DNA of 63,125 nt, the filler included, from Guillardia theta CCMP2712 (Eukaryota; Protista; Cryptophyta), in NCBI RefSeq assembly GCF_000315625.1. It is 4 parts of 4 records of this genome, joined end to end, with 100 filler letters (N's around TTAATTAATTAA, not from the genome) between each part and the next. Parts side by side here need not be neighbours in the genome. Positions count along the whole stretch, not along the records: positions 45,642 to 61,423 come from NW_005434379.1; positions 61,524 to 63,125 come from NW_005434574.1; 2 more parts are not named here. The stretch is one strand, 5' to 3'. Below, piece by piece: positions 52,468 to 63,125 of this stretch. Positions within the stretch are counted from its first letter, which is position 1. Each line of letters starts with the position of its first letter. The notes beneath the pieces were generated by a model that worked only from the letters and a program-made list of their open reading frames with translations, searched no databases and had not been told where the DNA came from. The position numbers and the translations under genes were made by a program.

Positions 52468-53634
52468 CTACCCTGACATGTCGCGTATGCTGGGCGAGGC
52501 TTCCTTGAAGGAGGAGGCGATTCTTTCTTCCCCCTGCCGTCCCAGCAGCCACTTGACCTCGAACTCGTCCGCCTGCTGCTTCACAACCTCCTCCTCCTTC
52601 TCACTCAAGCTTCCTTCAACCACCTCAGCTACAAGCCTCTCACCCTCCTCCTCCCGGTCGTGGCTGCCTGAGGCTTCGGCATGTCGAAGCAGCAGGGTTC
52701 GCATCCTCTCAGTCTCTCGCTCATGGTGCTGCATGGTCACGCGGCACTGCCTCGCGTTGGCCGCATGCAGGATCATTCTGCCGGCAAACCTGACGCAACG
52801 TCGAGCCAAGACGGCAGAGGCCTCTCTCCTCCTCGCCTCCTCCTCCTCCCTCCTCTCCCAGTAGGCCTCTGCTAGATCGACCCACAGCTTCGGGTCCGAG
52901 GGATTGTGTTCCGCGAGGCTCTTGAGCAGCGGCAAGCGGGAGGACGAACCCTCCTGCTGTCGCTTCCTCGCGAGAAGACGCACCGTGACCTCGCTGAGGA
53001 CATGCTCGTGGTGTTCACCCACCTGCGCCTTCATGTCTTCCAGCACAGCATCAGCATCCTCCTCAAGCAGCGGCTCCATGGCCACCAGGCAGCGCATGAT
53101 GGAATCGAGAGCCTCAAGTCGCAGCCCTCCTGTGCCCTTGCGGCTGATCGTGAAGCTTCTCAGCATGTCCATCCACTCGAAGGCACAAGCAGCATAGTCT
53201 TCCCTGAGGAAGAGAAGCTCCGCTCGCGCCTTCCTCGCCTCGAAGTCCGAGTCCTCCCCGTACATGCTCTTACGACTACCCTGCTCACCAGCAAGCTCTT
53301 TCCTCAGCCTCACATAGTCTCCCTCGCTCATCCTTGCTTGCTCGTGCTCGTACTTCAAGCTCCATCCTCCCTTCTGTCTCCATGGTTCGTAAGGACCACT
53401 GCAGGCAAATCCGGCCTTGCGTTGCCGTCGTTCTTCCTGCGCCGTTGATTCCGCCTCCTGGTCAGAGACCTTCACCTCATGATTGCATCTGCGATCCCCC
53501 TTCTCCTCTTCATCATCTCTCTCCTTCTCTCTCTCCTTCTCTCTCTCCTTCTCTCTCTCCTTCTCTCTCTCCTCCTCTTCTCTCCTGCCTGTTCGCACTA
53601 TCCCTCCCCTCTCGTGCATTTCGACATTGCTCAT
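52468..53634 (-). CDS. TPR-like protein resembling the C8orf76 family
   Basis: YEPW..GW, ARAELLFLREDYAAC, LEALDSIMRCL and LAEHNPSDPKLWVDLAEAY resemble C8orf76 motifs (recalled, not searched). ATG at 53634. Confidence 0.55.
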   Translation of the reverse strand: MSNVEMHERGGIVRTGRREEEEREKEREKEREKEREKERDDEEEKGDRRCNHEVKVSDQEAESTAQEERRQRKAGFACSGPYEPWRQKGGWSLKYEHEQARMSEGDYVRLRKELAGEQGSRKSMYGEDSDFEARKARAELLFLREDYAACAFEWMDMLRSFTISRKGTGGLRLEALDSIMRCLVAMEPLLEEDADAVLEDMKAQVGEHHEHVLSEVTVRLLARKRQQEGSSSRLPLLKSLAEHNPSDPKLWVDLAEAYWERREEEEARRREASAVLARRCVRFAGRMILHAANARQCRVTMQHHERETERMRTLLLRHAEASGSHDREEEGERLVAEVVEGSLSEKEEEVVKQQADEFEVKWLLGRQGEERIASSFKEASPSIRDMSG

Positions 53635-53778
53635 TGCCAATCTCCCGGAAAATAAGTACCCCCGTTTCAGACCTGAATATGAGGGGTACTCAAAGACCTC
53701 TCGAGTACCCCTCCTACTCAGCTTGAGTACCCCTACATTAATTTTCCTCGTCGCTTCCAGAAATAGAACCGGGCGGGC
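53635..53778. promoter_or_regulatory. Short bidirectional promoter region with four AGTACCCC motifs
   Basis: AGTACCCC at 53655, 53704 and 53726, and the reverse GGGGTACT at 53683. Perfect 11-bp inverted repeat GAGGGGTACTC / GAGTACCCCTC (53681-53713) between divergent ATGs 53634 and 53779. Confidence 0.55.
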
Positions 53779-55077
53779 ATGCTGTCTCCCTTCGAGCGGC
53801 GCGCGCGCGTCTCCTTCCTGGCAGTGGCGGCAGCAGCAGCGGCCTTCGCCCTCGCCATCGTCGTGCTTGAGTCTTCTTCTCCTGCTCCCTACTACGGCAA
53901 GCCTGTCACAGGTCAACTAGACGTGACAAGGCGGCTGAAGTCCCGCTGACTTGCAGTGTTGACAGCGCCTGAGAGATGGTTGGAGGATGGCAGAGCCTCG
54001 ATCAACATGTTCCGAGTGGTATCTCAACATGGCTATGCTTACCTTGTTATGATTGGTGTGCTCGTGTTCAGGCTCGCTCGGACATGCAAAAGAAGGTTTT
54101 GCGCGGTACCCAACTGCCGCATCAAGTGCATTACTATAGCAACGTGGGAGATCGCCTGCCTGTTCTCGGCGACGAGGAGAGAGAAACCAGGCAGACGTTT
54201 CAGGAGCTTGTGCAGCTTGGGTAAGACTTGTTAGCTTGGTTGATGTGGCTGATGCTGTGAACGTCAGGCACACATGTGTTGTCATGCTCCGAAGAGCAAT
54301 CTGGTCTGTAGACCCAACGGTCTTCAATCCCCAGTACGACCTGCAGGTGAGGAGGAGGCGGAAGGAGAGGCAAATGCTCAGAGAATATCGCTCAACACGA
54401 CACCAGGTTCGCTTGGACGCCATCCACACTGCTCTTTCGCAGCTGGCTGCTCAAACCGGGGTGTACTTGACTAACCCTCCTGTGGTACAAGTGAGTGTTG
54501 CTGTGGCAAGCGCTTCCATGCTTGACGTGAGAGCGACAGGTGGACGAGTCTGTCTTCGATGAAGCAGCATCAGACGTGAGAGACTCTGTCGGTCACCATG
54601 CGGCCGCTCACATCTCCACAGGTCTCGCGTTTCAGAAAGCTTGTCGAGCGAATCCCTGAGATGCACAACGCGAAGTAAGAGAGCGAGAGGAGGAGGAGAA
54701 GACTGATGTGCTGCCTGTGTGCTTAACGAGAGGTGCAGGTATTACTGGGTTGTTCAGTACAACATCATCCGCACTGAACTGAGAAAAACCTCGTCAATGT
54801 TGACTACCGTAAGGGTTTCGTTTCTCCCCTCCCTCGAGCTTATCGCGTGTGACCAGGTCGTCAACATCGCAAAGCATCACTTCCTCGAGGTAGCGGACAG
54901 CATCGACAGCATGCGGATGAACGTCGAGGCCACGCATGAGGTGAGGTGAGGCCTTGGGCTTGCCTGGTGGCTGACAGGCCTGCAGGGATGAGCAGGAGGA
55001 TGAGAGAAAGTTCGTCGGTCAGGGCGAGCGAAACCGACGGAGAAGCTCAGGGAGATGCTTGAGAAAGTTGCGGGTTA
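53779..55077 (+). CDS. Hypothetical multi-exon protein with N-terminal signal anchor
   Basis: MLSPFERRARVSFLAVAAAAAAFALAIVVLES followed by about 9 short GT-AG introns. Confidence 0.55.
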
Positions 55078-55223
55078 GGGGGATGAGGGCCGAGCCTGAG
55101 GTCGTGCATGTTCGGTTGTGTAGTCGCAGAAACTTTATTGCTGTCATAATGTGGTAGTTTACATCATGGATTTGTTCATAAACTCTTTTCACTTGTTTGT
55201 CGTCTTGTCACGGGAGCTTCTCG

Positions 55224-57723
<2,500 letters not shown>

Positions 57724-57779
57724 TGAAAACCCGGTAGAGGTCGTGCAGTTCTGATCTCTACGATGATAATCACTCCTTC

Positions 57780-58986
57780 TCATAATTCTGTTCTCTTGCA
57801 ATCGGAAGTTTTGAGCAGCACTTTCCCTTGCGAGGATCGTCCTGACTTGATCGATTCTCTCACCGCCTCCTTCACTTCCAACATGCCGAAACTCCTACCC
57901 GTCTGCGGCATCACTGCTCCCTTCTTCATCAAGTCCAGCACGTACGCCACCTGCATCACTCGCTCGCTTGCTGTCATGTCCTCCAGCCGTCTGCTCACAG
58001 AGAACCCGGAGACGGTGACGTTGCGGAACAGAGTAGCGACTACTGAACCCTCGAAGCTCGTCCCAGCAAGCGCCCCATACAGCAGCACCCTCCCTCCTTC
58101 TCTCACCCCGTTGCTCAGCGTTGCCGTCATGCTCCCTGCCACAGCGTCCACGGCTCCCCACGCGCCATGGTAGCTCGTGATCTCCATGACTCTCTTCGCA
58201 ACGTCTTCTTCTGCTGTACAGATGACGTGGTCTGCCCCGAGAGCAAGCAGCTCCTCCCTCTGCTCGCATCTCCTCACTGTACTGATCGTCTGCCGCTGAC
58301 GTCAGCAAGCGAGCTTGCGCGACCTCACTCACCTTGTATCCCTTCACCTTGGCGATCTGAACCAGCTGCTTGCCAAGAGACGATCCTCCTGCGCTCTGAA
58401 GGACGTAAGCTTGCGAGGGGTCTGCCTCGCTCACCCCCAGCTCCTCCATCAAGCCCATGGCTGTGATGGGGTTCAGAACCGCCTGCGCTGCGTCCTCGTC
58501 CGAAACTCCCTCGGGGATCTTCACCACGTCCCTGCAGTTGACCTCCACGTACTCCGACCAGCTCCCGGCTCCCTCGGCTGTCCTCTGCAACACGTAGGGG
58601 ACAACTCGATCTCCAACCTTGAGATCTCTCCCTCCCTCCTCCCACACTCTTGTCACTCCTGAGCCTATCTTCACTATCTTCCCAGCTCCCTCGTGCCCGG
58701 GAACCCCAGGCATGCTGCTGGGCTGAAAGTTTGGATTGACGCCCATGATCGAGTTTACATCGGCAGGGTGGACGGGCATGACGGTCATGTGGATCAAGAC
58801 GTTCTCCTCTGCCGGAGAAGGAATGTCGGTCTCCTCGACCTGCAGCCCAGACAGGAAGTCTTGATCGTCAAAGCTCGTGAGAGTCACTCGCTTCATCTTC
58901 CCAGCAGGAGAACAATCGCCCAGGTGTTGAGCTGCAGCTAACCCACAGGCTACCATCAGCAAGATTGACCTTGTCATCGTCATCAT
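57780..58986 (-). CDS. Medium-chain reductase, enoyl-thioester reductase (ETR/MECR)-like / quinone oxidoreductase, with signal peptide
   Basis: PVHPADV, PGVPGHEGAG, VLNPITAMGLM, QSAGGSSLGKQLVQIAK, DAVAG, GGRVLLYG, GKVLL. One intron at about 58288-58331. Leader MMTMTRSILLMVACGLAAA. Confidence 0.85.
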
Positions 58987-59104
58987 GGATGAAACAGTGG
59001 CGCGACTCGGACGGTGTGGACAGGCTGAGACTGATGATGATGACGATGATGATGATGGAGATGATGATGATGGAGATGATGATGATGGAGATGATGATGA
59101 TGGA

Positions 59105-59139
<35 letters not shown>

Positions 59140-59316
59140 GGAGGAGGAGGAGGAGGAGGAGGAGGAGGATGCTGATGCTGATGCTGATGATGATGAGGAG
59201 GAGTGCTTCATCGCGATCGTCATCATGCCGTGCGTTCCAATTCAGTTTTGACCAGCCGTCACGTAGCCGTTAGCTACGACTATGTGCTGTATGAGGCCAC
59301 TGGTCATTACGCCTCC

Positions 59317-60357
59317 ATGGCAGCCGTGGGTCAACCAAGACCGTTGCGAGAGGGAGGAGGAGGAGGAGGAGGAGGAGGAGGAGGGAGGAGAGACTTGAAG
59401 CGCTTGATCGAGGTGGCGCCAGGGTTCTACAACGTGAGAGGAAAGTTCACGCTGCTGGGAGGTCTCCTCAACCTGGGCACCCACATGAGCCTGTGCTTGC
59501 TGCAGTCCGGGAAGTACCTGGTAATTGACACCATCAAGCTCGACGACGAGATCAGACATGAGATCTGCAGCATCACTGACAATGGTAGACTCTTCTCCTC
59601 CCTGCTCTCCTCTCACGCTCCTTCCTCACAGGCAAGCTCATTGAAGCCGTCATTGCTACTCACCCCTATCACACACTGGCCTTCCGAGATTTCTTCGCCG
59701 CCTTCCCTCATGCTCCTTACTATGGCACCCCGCGCCATCTTGACGTCATCAAGGACATCCCATGGAAGGGAGAGATCATGGCGAACAAGTCGAGATGGGA
59801 GCCTGAGATCGAGATGAGGATCCCAGATGGATCTGAGTTTGTCCTCCCGCTTCCTCCCAAGACCAACCACTTCTCGAATGTGAGCCTCCCTCCTCCCTCC
59901 TTCCCCCGCTTCCTCTTCCTCCCTCCTTTCCCCTCTTCTTCCTCCCTCATGGTTCCTGCAGGTCTTCGTGCTGCACAAGGCGAGCAAGACCATCCACAAC
60001 GATGACTGCGTCCTTGTATGGAACAATCCTCCTCTGCTGCTCAAGATCTTCGGCTTCAGGGACGGCGACATGTCCTTCCATCCTTCCATCAAGGGCCCCG
60101 GGCTCTACCCGACCTGTCAGGCTCCCTCCGCCTTCCGCGAGTGGGTCAAGCGCCTCCTCGTCGAGTGGGACTTCGACAACATCTGCACGGCGCACAACGG
60201 GAACTGCATCGGAGGAGCCAAGGAGAAGCTGAGAGCGACGCTCGAGCGAGCTGAGCCCCTGCTGGAGAAGCTGATCAAGAGGAACTCCAAGGCGAAGCCT
60301 CCCAAGGACTTCGGCGCATGGAGCACCAAGGAAAGTGACCCCCCAGAATGCGGATAA
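59317..60357 (+). CDS. Metallo-beta-lactamase-fold hydrolase-like protein
   Basis: Spliced product contains LGTHMSL, LVIDT, IATHPYH, HNDD and WDFDNICTAHNG. Introns at about 59585-59631 and 59880-59961. Confidence 0.75.
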
Positions 60358-60532
60358 TCCTCCTCCTCCTCCTCCTCCTCCTCCTCCTCCTCCTCCTCCC
60401 CTTGTCCCTCTCTTCTCTTTCTCTTGCCCTTTTTTCTCCTCCTCGCCCTCATCACACTCCTGTACTTGGGGGATTGATATAGAGAATAAGAAGTTTTCCT
60501 TCCTATCTCCGGATCTCTGCGCTTTATCTTGT

Positions 60533-61375
60533 TCACTTCTCCCCCTCCTCCTCTTCTCCTTCCCCTCCCCATGAGGCCTGCGCGTCCTTCCGCCCCTCGC
60601 ACAAGATGGAGAGGAGGAGGGCGGCAGCTTCTCTGCGGTATCTGAAGCTGTAGTGCGAGCCGTCCGTGAGCAGGTCCGGGCGAGGGAGGGCGAGAGAGTA
60701 GAGGTCGAGGAGGACAGCAGCTCCTGTAGAGTTCCACGTCCTCCTCGCCACCTCGTTGACGGCCTCCAGCTCGGGCCACGAGCCCTTCCCTCCGCTAGTC
60801 GGCTCCATGCTCAGCCAGATGGGCAGCTCGTACCTGCCACGACGTTGGCGGAGATGAGCAGGAACAGCAGGGGAAGTCGAAGGGGGAGGGAAGGGGGAGC
60901 AAGCACCCGCAGCCACTGCAGCGGCGGCGGCAGCAGTAGCAGCAGGAGCTCAGGAGCAGAGAAGGTGTCAGAACTTGTTTCCCATACCTCCAGTCGAAGT
61001 CCCAAACAGCGTCAACGATCTGAGGGAGAAAACTGCTGGAGAGCGTCAGGTAGGAGACGATCGAAGTGAAGAAGAAGAGCTAGAATGAGGAGAAGCAGAG
61101 GAAAGAAAGGAGGAGGAGGAGGAGGAGATATTGTTGGTGGTAGTGATGGTGATGCGTGCCTGGCCATCATTGAGGCTGCATCGAAGGGAGCTTGAGAGAT
61201 GAAATGAAAGCCTGGAGCCATGACCACGACGAGGCTTCGATGCTGGCGACGAGATTGAAGGAGGAAGGTGTCGATCATGGCTGCAAGGGTGGGACCATGA
61301 TCGAAGTGAAAGAGCTCGTGGAAAGAGACCGTGAGGTTGTCAGTCTTGATCGCAAAGCTGCGAGAACAAGCGAGT
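60533..61375 (-). CDS. SGNH / PC-esterase-like protein, 3' part
   Basis: LVVVMAPGFH, PIWLS, LEAVNEVARR..LLDLYSL..DLLTDGSHY (DxxH motif). Truncated by the contig joint. Confidence 0.55.
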
Positions 61376-61423
61376 GAGGAGGAGGAGGAAGGAGGAAGAG
61401 GAGGTGGAGAAAGAGGAGGGAAA

Positions 61424-61523
61424 NNNNNNNNNNNNNNNNNNNNNNNNNNNNNNNNNNNNNNNNNNNNTTAATTAATTAANNNNNNNNNNNNNNNNNNNNN
61501 NNNNNNNNNNNNNNNNNNNNNNN
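61424..61523. other. Artificial contig linker (N-TTAATTAATTAA-N)
   Basis: Same six-frame-stop linker. Confidence 0.9.
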
Positions 61524-61539
61524 AGCAGGAAGAAGCGTA

Positions 61540-61733
61540 CCTTGTTTTCTTTGGTCTGGAAGGCAGTTGACTCAATGTTGTGAATGAGGAGGTAGATATC
61601 GGTAGCTCCTCTTGAGACTGAGAGGAAGTGAGGACAAGAAACTGTGACGAAGACGTGGAGGAGGAGGAAGGGAAAGAGAAGCAGCAGGAAAAATTGGTAT
61701 GAGAAAGATGAAGGGGAGAAGGGAGGGCTAGGG

Positions 61734-61785
<52 letters not shown>

Positions 61786-62478
61786 AGGTAGAAAGAAGAA
61801 CCAGAAAAGGAGGAGAGGAAGGATTGAGGTGGAGAACAGGGAGGAAGAGAGTTCAGTGATCGATGAAACAGGAGTTATCACCTGATCTTGAAGTGCCAGA
61901 GGACATAGCTCTTGTTTGCCTCACCACCACCTCTTCCTCCTCCTCCTCCTCCTCTTTCCCGCTCCTCTTCCTCCTCTTGTTTTCATTCTTCTCTTTTGGT
62001 TGACTGCCTTTCTTCCTTCTCATCTCTCCGTTGTCTTCCGCGTCTTCCTTTTCTTCTTCATCCTCCTCCTTCTTCATGTCAAGATGGAAAACATCGACTA
62101 GCAACTTCACCCCATCAGCATCTTCGTCGTCATCGTCCATGCAAGTCTCTGACAGCAGAAACTCCGTCTTGTTGGATTTCTCCAGCCCTTTCTGTTTGCA
62201 AAGACAGAAAACCAAAGTGAGAATGTGAGAGGGAAGTAGAACAGCAGCTCACATCGCATCTGGCCTGCAAGATCGATCTGACGATGAAAGACGCATGGGA
62301 GGTAAGAGAAGAAAATGTTTGTTTCCCTCCGATGATTTCATCCGTGATCGTGTTCAGAACCTGACAAGATCATAAGCTTTCGGACTCATGCAAAATTAAT
62401 GGATTGTGGAACAGGTGCAAAGTCCTCGTCATCCTTAGTACGAATATCATTTTTGTTGTTGTCAGCATCATCTCTATG

Positions 62479-62510
<32 letters not shown>

Positions 62511-62750
62511 CATCAACATCATCATCATCATCATCATCATCAACAACAACAACAACATCATCATCATCGCCATCATCATCATCATCGCCATCATCATCAT
62601 CGAAACATGAGATTCGGAAGATGATTCAGACTCATCGCGTCTTCTCACTTTTTTCATCTTCAACCCCGGATGCAAACCGTTCATCTCGATCACTGGACCA
62701 TCCGACAACTCCTCGTGCGCGAACTCCCTGCCAAAACAACGTCAGCCTTG
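61540..62750 (-). CDS. Fragment of a low-complexity multi-exon hypothetical protein
   Basis: Exon-like blocks between (CAT)n and (CTGCTC)n introns; no family recognised. Confidence 0.3.
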
Positions 62751-62777
62751 TATGTCAACGTCATCAAGAACAGAAGC

Positions 62778-62801
62778 ATCATCATCATCATCATCATCAT
62801 T

Positions 62802-62863
<62 letters not shown>

Positions 62864-63036
62864 TGCCATCATCATCATCATCATTATCATCATCATTATC
62901 ATCAACATCGTCATCATCGTCATCATCATCATCATCATCATCTCCATCATCACCACCACCACCACCACCACCACCACCACCACCACCAGAAAATTCATCT
63001 TCATCGTCATCTTCTTCAGCAGCACAATGATCATTA

Positions 63037-63108
<72 letters not shown>
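62778..63108. repeat. Compound microsatellite (CAT)n/(CAC)n/(CAACAG)n
   Basis: Directly visible. Confidence 0.9.
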
Positions 63109-63125
63109 AATACGTCAGGAGATTT

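Overview
Gene-dense, intron-containing eukaryotic nuclear DNA from a draft assembly. It has many N-gaps, and three artificial NNN-TTAATTAATTAA-NNN contig joints at about 30.8, 45.6 and 61.5 kb. I infer an alga with a secondary red plastid, most likely a cryptophyte, from ~45-60 nt GT-AG introns, a signal peptide + Phe-start plastid presequence, an RWP-RK gene and an SP-linked LRxRGG motif. About 22 protein-coding genes or fragments are recognisable: Sel1-repeat protein, NXD1-like plastid protein, GT90/CAP10 glycosyltransferase, RWP-RK factor, a giant Kelch/LamG/Cys-rich/filamin membrane protein, a C-type lectin protein, an IQ coiled-coil protein, MBF1, a 2x(TM-cyclase) class III nucleotide cyclase, a mitochondrial-type CoA-disulfide reductase-rhodanese, a FYVE-like zinc finger-MATE transporter fusion, a C8orf76-like TPR protein, WS/DGAT, an ETR-like MDR, an MBL-fold hydrolase and an SGNH/PC-esterase-like fragment. 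Non-coding structure includes microsatellite-filled introns, a 22/24-bp minisatellite, a recurring (A)GTACCCC(TAC) motif in upstream regions, and three GC-rich palindrome-dense islands lying between divergently transcribed genes. I recognised no tRNA/rRNA, CRISPR array or transposase. All gene models were read by eye and their boundaries are approximate.
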